A stretch of DNA of 64,000 bases, from assembly GCA_902797995.1 (NCBI GenBank), contig CADBUX010000001.1, positions 687-64,686 on the forward strand. The letters are read 5' to 3'. The notes beneath the pieces are model-generated. The model saw only the letters and a list, made by a program, of their open reading frames with translations. It was not told where the DNA came from and made no database searches. Source of the DNA: an uncultured Erysipelotrichaceae bacterium (GTDB lineage: Bacteria; Bacillota_I; Bacilli_A; RF39; UBA660). This document shows, piece by piece, positions 16,427 to 26,216 of this stretch (position 1 is its first letter; each line of letters opens with the position of its first letter). Both the position numbers and the translations under genes were made by a program.

Positions 16427-17519
16427 ATGGAACTTTCTCTAATTAAAAAAAAATTACTAGATTCTAATTTAAAAATCAAAGATTTATGGAGGTTACTTTG
16501 AAGTAGATTCTAAGCTTGAAGCGATTCGTTTATTAGAAGAAAAAAGTAATAATCCATCTTTTTGGGATGATAGTGAAAAGGCTCAAGAAGTATTAAAAAA
16601 GATTAATTATCTGAAGGAGATTACTTCAAATATAATTTCTGTTAAGGATATAGTAACTTCTGATTTAGAAATTGTATCTTTACTTGAAGATGAGTATGAT
16701 GAAGATTTATTTTCTTCAATATCTACTGATATTTTAAGTCTTGAAGAAAAAGTATCTTCTTTAGAACTTGAAGTATTACTTTCTGGTGAGTATGATCATA
16801 ATAATTGCATGCTTGAAATACATTCTGGTGCAGGCGGAACTGAAGCCCAAGATTGGGCTAATATGCTATATAGAATGTATGAAAGATGGTGTTTAAGTAA
16901 AGGATATAATGTAGAGGTTCTTGACATACTTGATGGGGAAGAAGCAGGTATAAAAAGGGTTACTTTGTTTGTAAAAGGAATTAATGCATATGGATATTTA
17001 AAATGTGAAAAAGGTATTCATCGTTTAGTAAGACTATCTCCTTTTGATAGTAATAATAAAAGACATACATCTTTTGCTTCTGTTGATGTTATACCTGAAA
17101 TTGATGATAGTGTTGATATTGAGATAAAAGATGAAGATTTAAAAATTGATGTATACCGTAGTAGTGGAGCAGGTGGACAAAGTGTTAATACTACGGATAG
17201 TGCTGTTAGAATTACCCATTTGCCTACTAAAATAGTGGTCACTTGCCAAAATGAGAGAAGTCAGTTAAAAAATAAAGAAAAGGCTCTTTCTATTTTAAAA
17301 GGAAAACTTAAACTTCTTGAGGAAGAAAGGAAAGAGGCAGAGCTTGCAACACTTAAAGGTAATGCTAAGAAAATAGACTTTGGGTCTCAGATTAGAAGTT
17401 ATGTTATGCATCCATATTCTATGGTGAAAGATCATCGTACCGGAGTAGAAACTAGTAATGTTTCTAAGGTTTTAGATGGCGATTTGGATATGTTTATAGA
17501 TGGATATTTAAGGAGTTGA
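16427..17519 (+). CDS. prfB: peptide chain release factor 2, expressed through a programmed +1 frameshift at 16496-16501
   Basis: Frame 0 encodes MELSLIKKKLLDSNLKIKDLWRLL and ends at CTT TGA. The +1 frame continues EVDSKLEAIRLLEE... into the tracked ORF 16809-17519, which has SPF and GGQ motifs. Confidence 0.9.
16488..16501 (+). other. RF2 autoregulatory +1 frameshift site: internal SD GGAGG, 3-nt spacer, CTT TGA
   Basis: GGAGGTTACTTTGA read directly. The SD-to-slippery-codon spacing equals that of the E. coli prfB site. Confidence 0.85.
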
Positions 17520-17523
17520 TTAA

Positions 17524-18378
17524 ATGGATATTGTTGCTAGTATATATAAGAAACATCAAATTGAAAGATATTTTTATTTAGTAATAGGTCTTATTATTTG
17601 TGCTTGTACTTATAATATTTTTATAGTTCCAAATGATATTGTATTTGGAGGAGTTGGAGGCATTAGTATTATTGCTAATCATTTTCTTGGAGTTAAGCCT
17701 TCAATATTTATGCTTGGTTGTTCCTTTGTTTTATGTCTTATAGGATTTGTATTTTTACCAAGGGAAAAAGTTTTAAGATCGATTGTTGGTGCAATTCTTT
17801 TGCCTATTTTTGTTGAACTTACTTCTTTTCTTGGTGATGTAATAGTTATAAAAGATGCTGATATGCTTACTATTTCTCTTTTTGGAGGAGTATTTTATGG
17901 TCTTGGACTTGGCATCGCTTATAAATATGGTTTTAGTTTAGGTGGAACTGACTTTTTAACGGAAATTGTTCATAAGTATTTTAGATTAACTATGGGCAGT
18001 TGTATGCTTATTGTAGAAGGTATTATTGTTGTTTGCGGTGCATTTGTTTTTGGGGTTACTAACTTTTTATATGCTGTTGTAATACTTTATTTAATAACAT
18101 TTTTAGTTGATAAAGTTATTCTTGGTATTTCTGATAAAAAGGCTTTTTATATAGTTACAAGTAAGAAAAAAGAGGTTTCTGACTATGTTATTAATACTTT
18201 AGGGCATACTATTACTGTTTTTTCTGCTACGGGAGGTTTTTCAAAGAAAAAAGTTTCAGTATTGTTTACTGTAGTACCTACTAGAGAATATTATAAACTT
18301 AAAGAAGGTATTAGTCATATTGATTCAGGAGCGTTTTTCACTGTTGTTGATGCTTATCAAGTTAGTGGTGGTGAATAA
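17524..18378 (+). CDS. YitT family membrane protein (DUF2179 C-terminal domain)
   Basis: Polytopic N-terminal part, GGxGG motifs, soluble C-terminal domain ending FFTVVDAYQVSGG. Confidence 0.7.
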   Translation: MDIVASIYKKHQIERYFYLVIGLIICACTYNIFIVPNDIVFGGVGGISIIANHFLGVKPSIFMLGCSFVLCLIGFVFLPREKVLRSIVGAILLPIFVELTSFLGDVIVIKDADMLTISLFGGVFYGLGLGIAYKYGFSLGGTDFLTEIVHKYFRLTMGSCMLIVEGIIVVCGAFVFGVTNFLYAVVILYLITFLVDKVILGISDKKAFYIVTSKKKEVSDYVINTLGHTITVFSATGGFSKKKVSVLFTVVPTREYYKLKEGISHIDSGAFFTVVDAYQVSGGE

Positions 18379-19250
18379 TGGATAATTCAAAGAAAAAAGT
18401 TTCAATTTCTTATAAGAGATATCTAAAATTTTTATTAGCTCTTGTTTTAATAGCAATATCATATAATCTATTTATCATTCCTATTAATTTAGTAGCAGGT
18501 GGTGCTGGGGGACTGGGTGTTCTTTTTAATAATTTGTTTGGAATTAATCCTTCTTTTATAATATTTATAGAATCTTTTATTACTTTTATTTTAGCTTATA
18601 TTTTTCTTGATTTGGATCAAGCGTGTTCAACACTTTTTGTAGCGGCCTTTTATCCTGTTTTAGTAAGAGTTACTAGTAATGTTTCTGATATATTTGTTAT
18701 TGATACACATCATGTTTTATTAATGGTTTTGTTTGGTGCAATTTTAACAGGAATTGGGCAAGGGCTGATATTTAAAGAGAATCTTAATATTGGAGGTTTT
18801 TCTGTTTTAGCTAAAGTTGTTTATAAATATACTAATATTTCTGTAACTTATACTAATGCTTTTATGAATGGTATTGTTATTATTCTTGGTGCCTTTTTTA
18901 TAAAATTTAGTATGATATTGTATGCAATTTTATTTATATTTATATTAAGGTATGTTAGTGAACGTATTATTCTTGGAGTAAGTAGCAATAAAACTTTTAA
19001 GATTATTAGTTCTAAATATCAAAGAATAGAAAAATATATACATTCTCTTGGACACGATGTTACCATTTATGATACCGTGGGTGCATATAAAGGGGGAGAT
19101 GCTAAGTTATTAATGACTGTAGTACCTACTTCGGAGTTTATTCTTTTAAGGGATTATGTTAGAAGCGTTGATAAAAAAGCATTTATTTTTGTTACAAATA
19201 CTTATGAAGTAGGTATGCAGGATTACTCTATACGTAAAGGAGCTAAATAA
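18378..19250 (+). CDS. YitT family membrane protein, tandem paralog
   Basis: Same architecture as the previous gene. Its start overlaps the previous stop (TAATG). Confidence 0.7.
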   Translation: MDNSKKKVSISYKRYLKFLLALVLIAISYNLFIIPINLVAGGAGGLGVLFNNLFGINPSFIIFIESFITFILAYIFLDLDQACSTLFVAAFYPVLVRVTSNVSDIFVIDTHHVLLMVLFGAILTGIGQGLIFKENLNIGGFSVLAKVVYKYTNISVTYTNAFMNGIVIILGAFFIKFSMILYAILFIFILRYVSERIILGVSSNKTFKIISSKYQRIEKYIHSLGHDVTIYDTVGAYKGGDAKLLMTVVPTSEFILLRDYVRSVDKKAFIFVTNTYEVGMQDYSIRKGAK

Positions 19251-19315
19251 TTTGTTCCTTTGCTTTTTTTTAGTTTCTTTTTGTGTTATAATGTAATATA
19301 AGTGAGGTGTTTGCT

Positions 19316-20014
19316 TTGGACATAATTAATATGAAAAATGTTTATAAAACTTATCCTAACGGTGTGGGTGCTGTATTTAATTTAAATCTTTCAGTTGAAA
19401 AAGGTGACTTTGTTTTCATTATTGGTGGCTCAGGAAGTGGTAAAAGTACTCTTATAAAAATGCTTTATCGTGAAGAAAAACCATCTCGTGGAGAAATTAT
19501 TTTAGGAGGAGTTAATGTAGGAAGACTTCGTAATTCTAAAGTATATAAACTTCGTAGATTGATTGGTGTTGTTTTTCAGGATTATAAATTATTACCAAAA
19601 CTTACTGTTTATGAAAATGTAGCATTTGCTTTAGAAGTAACAGGAGTTGATAGTAAGCAGATAAGAAAGAGAGTTATTGATGTACTTGATAAAGTTGGAC
19701 TTAAGCATAAGGCTAAAGAATATCCTGATAAGTTATCTGGTGGTGAACAACAAAGAGTTGCTATAGCAAGGGCTGTTGTAAATCTTCCAAAGATTCTTAT
19801 TTGTGATGAACCTACAGGTAATTTGGATCCTAAAATAAGCATGGAAATTATGGAAATACTTGAAAAAATAAATAAAGAATATGATACTACTATTCTAATG
19901 GTTACTCATGATCTTGATATTGTTAAGAGAATGAAGAAGAGAGTTATTGCTCTTAAAGAAGGAAGAGTAGTAAAAGATTATAAGGCAGGTGAGTTTGTAA
20001 GTGAAAAGTTGTAG
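19316..20014 (+). CDS. ftsE: cell division ATP-binding protein FtsE
   Basis: Walker A GGSGSGKST, signature LSGGEQQR, Walker B ILICDEPTGNLD. Start is probably TTG 19316, after GTGAGGTG. Confidence 0.85.
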   Translation: MDIINMKNVYKTYPNGVGAVFNLNLSVEKGDFVFIIGGSGSGKSTLIKMLYREEKPSRGEIILGGVNVGRLRNSKVYKLRRLIGVVFQDYKLLPKLTVYENVAFALEVTGVDSKQIRKRVIDVLDKVGLKHKAKEYPDKLSGGEQQRVAIARAVVNLPKILICDEPTGNLDPKISMEIMEILEKINKEYDTTILMVTHDLDIVKRMKKRVIALKEGRVVKDYKAGEFVSEKL

Positions 20015-20900
20015 AACTATTTATAGAAGTATGAGAGATGCTTTAAAAAGTGTTGTTAGAAATTTTAGCTTATCACTTGCTTCCATTACTTGTATTACAA
20101 TTACTCTTGTAATAATTGCGGCGGCTCTTCTTATTGCAGACAATGTTAAGAATTTTACTGATGAGATAGAAAAAGATGTTACAATTGTAGCTTTTCTTGA
20201 TTCTGATGTAGATGATCAAACAAAAGAAGATTTTGAAACTTCTATAAAGAAAAATACTAATATTGAAACTTTTGATTATAAATCTAAAGAAGATGTAAAA
20301 GAAGACATGATAAAAGAAAATGAAACATTTAGTAAAGTAATATCAGGATGGGATAAGGATAGTAATCCCCTTATGGATACTTATACTATAAAGGTACATG
20401 ATGTTAGTAAGATAAAGAGTACTGCTAAAGAGATAGAAAGTACTAAAGGAGTTAATTCTGTTCAATATGGAGAAGGTCTTGTTGAAAAGCTAGTTGGTGT
20501 ATTTAATGCTATTGAAAAGATAACTTTTATAGCAGCAGGAGCACTTATAATTGTTACAATTTTCTTGATTATAAACACTATAAAACTTACGATATTTTCT
20601 AGAAAAAGAGAAATTGGTATTATGAGACTTGTTGGTGCAAGCAATCTTAGAATAAAACTTCCATTTGTTATTGAAGGTATTATTCTTGGTATTATTGGAT
20701 CAATTATTCCAATACTTGTAGTTGTATTTGGATATAGTACGATGTATGATTATTTTAATGGAGTGCTTTTCTCTCCAGTTATTAAACTTGTTAAACCAAT
20801 GCCATTTGTTATGAATACTTCAATTATTGTACTTATTATTGGTATGATTGTTGGTATGATTGGTAGTGCTAGGGCTGTAAGGAGGTATGTAAAAGTCTAA
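20001..20900 (+). CDS. ftsX: cell division permease-like protein FtsX
   Basis: One TM, an extracellular domain, then three TMs. Overlaps the end of ftsE. Confidence 0.85.
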   Translation: MKSCRTIYRSMRDALKSVVRNFSLSLASITCITITLVIIAAALLIADNVKNFTDEIEKDVTIVAFLDSDVDDQTKEDFETSIKKNTNIETFDYKSKEDVKEDMIKENETFSKVISGWDKDSNPLMDTYTIKVHDVSKIKSTAKEIESTKGVNSVQYGEGLVEKLVGVFNAIEKITFIAAGALIIVTIFLIINTIKLTIFSRKREIGIMRLVGASNLRIKLPFVIEGIILGIIGSIIPILVVVFGYSTMYDYFNGVLFSPVIKLVKPMPFVMNTSIIVLIIGMIVGMIGSARAVRRYVKV

Positions 20901-22060
20901 TGAAAAAAAGTAGGGTTTTGATTATATTTGCTTCGCTTCTACTTTTAATTCCTTTTAGTGCTAATGCTCAAACTATTCAAGGTTATAGAAATAAAATTAA
21001 GGCTTTAGAACAAGAAAAATCAGAAAGTGAAAGTAAGAGTGAAGACGTTCAAAAGAAAATTGATGCTGCAGAAGCTAGGATAAATGAAATAACTAATCAA
21101 ATAGTTCAAGCAAGAAAGGATCAAGAAACAACTAAAAAAGAAATTGCAGAACTTGAAAAAGAAATTAAGGCTAAAGAAGAAGAAATAAAAGATTTAATCA
21201 CTTTTTATCAAGTGTCTGAAAATGATAATTTCTATTTAAAGTTTATATTTGGTGCTGAGAACTTTGAAGATTTGATTTATAGATTTTCAGTAGCAGAACA
21301 ATTAACGGATGCTAACGATAAGTTGGTTGATGAAATGAATGCTTTGGTTGCAAAGAATGAAAAGAAAGTAAAGGAACTTGAAGCACAAGAAAAGAAGCTC
21401 GATAATCTTAATGCAGAAATATCTAAAGAAATTGATAAGTTAGGGAATCAAAAGAAGAAATATACTGAAAATGCTTTAACAGTAGATGAACAAATAGAAA
21501 CGATTGAAAAACAAATAAAGTATTATAAGAGCAAAGGTTGCGGTGAAACAGAAGATGTTGCTGTTTGTTCTAGACCTGCTGCAAGTAGTTATGGACAAGC
21601 TTCTAGTAGTGCTGCTAATTTAGTGCCAAGTGCTAAAGGATTTATAAGACCACTTGCTTATGGATATATTACTTCATATTATGGTGGTAGAATCCATCCA
21701 ATATTTGGTACTGCAAGTTATCATAGTGGTGTTGATATTGCTGCAAGTACTGGTACTACAATCATGGCTTCTAACAAAGGTGTTGTAGTTGGTGCTGGAT
21801 GGTATAGTGGATATGGTAATGCAGTACTAGTTTATCATGGAGAAGCAGGATATGATTATACAACATTATATGGGCATATGAGTAGCATTAGTGTTTCTGT
21901 AGGACAAGCAGTATCTCGCGGACAAAAAATCGGAGAAGTTGGTTCTACAGGATGGTCAACTGGGCCACATTTACATTTCCAAGGTATGTATGGTAACGGT
22001 TATAATTTAAGTTCAACATTTGATCCATTTAATTTAGTATATATGCCACTTTCTTGGTAA
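20900..22060 (+). CDS. secreted coiled-coil M23 metallopeptidase (EnvC/PcsB-like FtsEX partner)
   Basis: Signal peptide, ~190-aa coiled coil, M23 motifs HSGVDIAA and GPHLHF. Confidence 0.8.
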   Translation: MKKSRVLIIFASLLLLIPFSANAQTIQGYRNKIKALEQEKSESESKSEDVQKKIDAAEARINEITNQIVQARKDQETTKKEIAELEKEIKAKEEEIKDLITFYQVSENDNFYLKFIFGAENFEDLIYRFSVAEQLTDANDKLVDEMNALVAKNEKKVKELEAQEKKLDNLNAEISKEIDKLGNQKKKYTENALTVDEQIETIEKQIKYYKSKGCGETEDVAVCSRPAASSYGQASSSAANLVPSAKGFIRPLAYGYITSYYGGRIHPIFGTASYHSGVDIAASTGTTIMASNKGVVVGAGWYSGYGNAVLVYHGEAGYDYTTLYGHMSSISVSVGQAVSRGQKIGEVGSTGWSTGPHLHFQGMYGNGYNLSSTFDPFNLVYMPLSW

Positions 22061-22061
22061 G

Positions 22062-22089
22062 AGACATTGGTTTATACCGGTGTCTTTTT
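22062..22089 (+). terminator. intrinsic terminator after the M23 peptidase gene
   Basis: AGACATTGG-TTTATA-CCGGTGTCT stem-loop (two G-U pairs) plus T5. Confidence 0.65.
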
Positions 22090-22143
22090 ATTGCATATTT
22101 CTATTTTTAGTGTATAATTTTATTAGTATAAGGGGTATGCAAT

Positions 22144-23451
22144 GTGAAAAGAGTATATTTAATTCTTGGATTATTTTTTGCTTTTTTGTCCTATATTTTT
22201 TTAGGATTTTTTGCGCACTTTTATAATTATAGTGTTGATAAAATATCTGTAAGAGATATATCTTATAAAGATAAAATTGTTAGAATAGGTTTTTCTAATT
22301 CTTATGGCAATATATATTGTGCTGTGGTCTACGGGGATAAAACTAATACTATAAAGTGGGAACGTGTTAAGGATGGCAATTGTAATTATAAAATAAAAGA
22401 TTTTGGTAATTATAACATTTATATAAAAAAGAATAATAGTATTAGAAAAGTTTATGGTATTAATAAAGTTTTATATGTTTCTATAGATAAAGATAAATAT
22501 TATTTAGCAGTTAATGATAGCAAAAAGATTGTTTATACTAGTATTAGTATTGGATATGATAGTTTACCTGTTAAGTCTGATGATGAATCTATTGCCTATG
22601 TAAAGAATGGTGTTATTAATGCTACAAAGAGTGGTACCACTAAGATTAGAGTTGGTGATAAAGAAATAACTGTTATTGTTACTGACTTAATTGATAAGAT
22701 GCCTAAAAAGTATAATTATAAAAGGCCATATTTATCGTGTGGTGTTTTTTCTAAGAAAGAAGCTGTTTTACTTGATGAAATACTTTTTGATAGGGTGAAA
22801 GATGCAGGTGAAGGGACTCGTGCTGGTGTTGTTTCTGCTGCAAGATTTTTAACACTTGAGTTTCCTTATAGAATAAGTTATTTTTCTGAAAATGGTAGAC
22901 TTGGCCCTCCTTATTCTAGAATAGCGGATGGTGAAGGTAGATATTACCATAAAGGGTTATATTTGAGTAGTGATAAGTACAAAGATATTAATCCTTCGAT
23001 TAAAGGACCTAAAATGTGGGGATGTTCTATGTATTCTAAACCTAGTGGTAAATATAGAAAAAATGGTTTAGATTGCAGTGGTTTTACAACATGGGCTATT
23101 TTAAATGGTGGTTTTGATATTGGTGATTTACCCGCTCATGCTGGTAATAATTCTGCTTATAATTTAAATGATATTGGTAAAGAAGTTAAATTAACTCGTA
23201 AAGTTGCGTTATCCGGAAAAATAAAAGCAGGTGATTTACTTGGTGAAGTTACTGTTTCTGAAGGACATTCTGCACTTGTTGTAGGAATAGATAATGATTA
23301 TTACTATGTTGCTGAGTCTTTATGGATCTTTCCTTTAGGAGTTAATATTAACAAGTATAAAAAGGGTGATGTTCATAAATATTTTGAAACAGTTAATTTA
23401 ATGGATAGTTATTATAAAAAGCAAGGGAACTATACTGCAATGTGGTATTAG
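22144..23451 (+). CDS. membrane-anchored NlpC/P60 (C40) peptidoglycan hydrolase with a Big_2-like domain
   Basis: N-terminal TM, Big_2-like segment IAYVKNGVINATKSGTTKIRV, catalytic GLDCSGFTTW and GHSALVVG. Confidence 0.7.
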   Translation: MKRVYLILGLFFAFLSYIFLGFFAHFYNYSVDKISVRDISYKDKIVRIGFSNSYGNIYCAVVYGDKTNTIKWERVKDGNCNYKIKDFGNYNIYIKKNNSIRKVYGINKVLYVSIDKDKYYLAVNDSKKIVYTSISIGYDSLPVKSDDESIAYVKNGVINATKSGTTKIRVGDKEITVIVTDLIDKMPKKYNYKRPYLSCGVFSKKEAVLLDEILFDRVKDAGEGTRAGVVSAARFLTLEFPYRISYFSENGRLGPPYSRIADGEGRYYHKGLYLSSDKYKDINPSIKGPKMWGCSMYSKPSGKYRKNGLDCSGFTTWAILNGGFDIGDLPAHAGNNSAYNLNDIGKEVKLTRKVALSGKIKAGDLLGEVTVSEGHSALVVGIDNDYYYVAESLWIFPLGVNINKYKKGDVHKYFETVNLMDSYYKKQGNYTAMWY

Positions 23452-23509
23452 TTTCTTTTTTCGTGTTTTTTCTTACTTTTTTGTGATATTCTAAATATGG
23501 GTGATGATT

Positions 23510-24718
23510 ATGGATGATAAGTACGTTGAATTATTAGTTAGTAAATGTACTAATTTAGAAAATAATAAATGTTTGTTTATTAATTATAATAAGGAAATTA
23601 AAGATTTTGTTTTAAAAATAGTATCTTATGCTAAAAGTATTGGTGTATCTGATATATATCTGGATGAAGAAGATATTCATTATACTCATGATTTACTTGC
23701 TAAACTTTCTTTGGAAGAGATTAAAACTTGTGATTATTTTAATAAAAAAATATGGGATACTTATGCTAAGAAAGGTGCAAGTTTTTTGATAATAGAAACC
23801 GAAGTTCCTCATGTTATGGATGATATTGATCCTGAAAAGATTGGACTTATGGGAAAATTAAAGCGCGAAACTAAGCCTTTATATAGAGAACTTCAAAGAA
23901 GATGTAAACTCGCTTGGTGTATTGCGGCTTACCCTGGTAAAGAATGGGCTAATGATGTTTTTAAAAATGATTCTAATTCTTATGAAAAGTTAAAAAACTA
24001 TATTTTTAAAACTTGTATGTTAGATAAAGAAGATCCTTGTTTGGAATGGGATAAATTTATAAATCGAAACACTGAGGTAATGAATAAACTTAATTCTTTA
24101 AAATTAAAAAAATTACATTATACTAATTCTTTAGGGACTGATTTAGAAATTTATTTACCATCTGGATATTTATATGCTGGAGGTAAAGATGAACTATGCA
24201 TAGTTAATATGCCTAGTTACGAGGTTTTTACAAGTCCTGTTTGGAATAAAACAAAAGGTATTGTATATAGTTCTAAACCTTTAATGTATAATGGCAGTCT
24301 TATTGATAATTTTTGGATAAAGTTTGAAAATGGAAAAGTAATAGATTATGATGCTCGTGTAGGTCTTGATGTTTTGAAAGAAATTATTGAAACTGATGAA
24401 TATTCTTGTTATTTAGGAGAGGCAGCGCTTGTTGAAAAGAACAGTCCTATAGCTTTTTTGGGATTTAATTTTGGTACTACTTTAATAGATGAAAATGCAT
24501 CTTGTCATTTAGCACTTGGTGCTGGTTTTTCTGAATGTATTATTGGTGGACTTGATATGAGTGCCAAAGAATTAAAAGAGCATGGTATAAATGATTCAAA
24601 ACAACATGTTGATTTTATGATAGGTACTGATGATTTAAATATAACTGGTGAAACTATAGATGGAGAACAAATAGTTATTTTTGAAAATGGTAAGTTTTCT
24701 TCGCTAATAGTTGATTAA
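23510..24718 (+). CDS. M29 family aminopeptidase (AmpS/PepS type)
   Basis: ~400 aa. GEAALVEKNSPI and ENASCHLALG blocks are typical of thermophilic metalloprotease M29. Confidence 0.75.
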   Translation: MDDKYVELLVSKCTNLENNKCLFINYNKEIKDFVLKIVSYAKSIGVSDIYLDEEDIHYTHDLLAKLSLEEIKTCDYFNKKIWDTYAKKGASFLIIETEVPHVMDDIDPEKIGLMGKLKRETKPLYRELQRRCKLAWCIAAYPGKEWANDVFKNDSNSYEKLKNYIFKTCMLDKEDPCLEWDKFINRNTEVMNKLNSLKLKKLHYTNSLGTDLEIYLPSGYLYAGGKDELCIVNMPSYEVFTSPVWNKTKGIVYSSKPLMYNGSLIDNFWIKFENGKVIDYDARVGLDVLKEIIETDEYSCYLGEAALVEKNSPIAFLGFNFGTTLIDENASCHLALGAGFSECIIGGLDMSAKELKEHGINDSKQHVDFMIGTDDLNITGETIDGEQIVIFENGKFSSLIVD

Positions 24719-24763
24719 TTTATATATTTGTGGTATAATTTATACTTGTTTAAGGGGGATATT

Positions 24764-25330
24764 ATGACAAAGTTTACTGAAAGAGACGTATATAATCATA
24801 TATATTGTAAAATATTTAATACTGATGTTTATGAAGTGTTTCCTGAATTAGGAGATTATATAAAAGAAGATTATGTTGCTGTTACGGGTTTTTTAGAGGA
24901 TTTTCTTATAGATTTATTTGATTTATCGAAAACTGTGGTTAAGCCTTTTTTAGATGAGCGCTCTACATATGCGTATAGATCTTTTTATGGTATTGGTAAC
25001 TTTGGACTTGCTCAATCTAAAGGTTATATAGGTAAACAATTGTCTTTAACTGGTGAAAGAATAGGACAATTAATTAAAGCTAGTGATATTTCTTTAATTA
25101 ATATGATTATTTATGAATATAAAACTTATAAAAATAACAATATTTTTTCAGACGAAGTTTTAATTGAGGAACTTAATCTTTCTAGAGACGTTTATAACAA
25201 ACTAAAAAGACAAGGCATTAATACTGTTAGTGAAATTGATTTGGATTATCTTAAAGATTTAAATAATGGTTTTGGAGAAAAAACTTGTAATGCGATAGAA
25301 AAAGGTATTTCTCGTATTAAAAATAGATAA
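24764..25330 (+). CDS. small protein combining a sigma-70 region 4.2-like HTH with an RNAP alpha-CTD-like helix-hairpin-helix
   Basis: LDERSTYAYRSFYGI..GYIGKQLSLTGERIGQLI parallels RpoD 4.2. IEELNLSRDVYNKLKRQGINTV parallels this window's own Rpo[23 protein letters not shown]. Confidence 0.55.
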   Translation: MTKFTERDVYNHIYCKIFNTDVYEVFPELGDYIKEDYVAVTGFLEDFLIDLFDLSKTVVKPFLDERSTYAYRSFYGIGNFGLAQSKGYIGKQLSLTGERIGQLIKASDISLINMIIYEYKTYKNNNIFSDEVLIEELNLSRDVYNKLKRQGINTVSEIDLDYLKDLNNGFGEKTCNAIEKGISRIKNR

Positions 25331-25335
25331 TTTAC

Positions 25336-25365
25336 TTGACAAATAAGCATTTCTTGTGCTATTCT
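25336..25365 (+). promoter_or_regulatory. promoter for secE-nusG (TTGACA, 18-nt spacer, TGcTATTCT)
   Basis: Hexamers read at 25336-25341 and 25360-25365. Confidence 0.45.
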
Positions 25366-25428
25366 TTAATCAAGAAGCACGGAAGTGTTTTTATTTTGAA
25401 AAAAAAGCATATAATTAAGAGGTGGGTT

Positions 25429-25653
25429 ATGAAGTCTAAAAATGATGTAAAAACTGATAAAAAGGTTAAAAAGACTAAGAAAAACGGATTTTTTAAGAAT
25501 GTTATTAATGAACTAAAAAAAGTTAAATGGCCAGATAAAAAGTATATGGTTAAATATTCGGTTGCAACATTTGGTACAATTATATTTACATGTGCATATT
25601 TTTCATTAGTTACTGCACTATTTGCACTTATTAAGAAAGGAATATTAGGATAA
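25429..25653 (+). CDS. secE: preprotein translocase subunit SecE
   Basis: 74 aa. Basic N-terminus, VKWPDKK motif, single C-terminal TM. RBS AAGAGGTGGG. The longer tracked ORF start was rejected. Confidence 0.85.
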   Translation: MKSKNDVKTDKKVKKTKKNGFFKNVINELKKVKWPDKKYMVKYSVATFGTIIFTCAYFSLVTALFALIKKGILG

Positions 25654-26186
25654 TGGATAAAAAGTGGTATGTTGTAAATACTTATTCTGGACATGAAAAA
25701 AAGGTTCAAGAAAAACTTTTAATGCGTGCAAGTTCTATGAATATGGAAGACTATATTTTTAGAGTTATTGTACCTGAAAGAACTGAAACTGAAATAAAAG
25801 ATGGTGTAACTAAGGAAAAGGTAAAAAAATTATTTCCTGGATACGTTCTTGTTGAAATGGTTATGACAGATGAAGCATGGTTTGTTGTTCGTAACACACC
25901 TGGGGTCACAGGATTTATTGGATCATCTGGAAAAGGTGCTAAACCTACACCTCTTCAACCATATGAAGTTGATAGAATACTTAATAGTATGGGTATGAGT
26001 AGACTTGAAGTTTCTACTGATCTTAAGGAAGGTGAAATTGTTAAGATTACTGGAGGACCATTTTCTGGTATGGAAGGTAAGATTTATTCACTTGACTTGG
26101 ATAACCAAAAACTTACAGTACTTCTTGATTTGTTTGGACAAGAAACTGATGTAGAGGTTGAAATTTCTCAAATAGAGAAAGCATAA
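25653..26186 (+). CDS. nusG: transcription termination/antitermination factor NusG
   Basis: KWYVVNTYSGHEKKV NGN domain and C-terminal KOW (GEIVKITGGPFSGMEGKI). Confidence 0.95.
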   Translation: MDKKWYVVNTYSGHEKKVQEKLLMRASSMNMEDYIFRVIVPERTETEIKDGVTKEKVKKLFPGYVLVEMVMTDEAWFVVRNTPGVTGFIGSSGKGAKPTPLQPYEVDRILNSMGMSRLEVSTDLKEGEIVKITGGPFSGMEGKIYSLDLDNQKLTVLLDLFGQETDVEVEISQIEKA

Positions 26187-26216
26187 GTTGTGTTTTTATA
26201 ATTGAGGTTTATGGTT

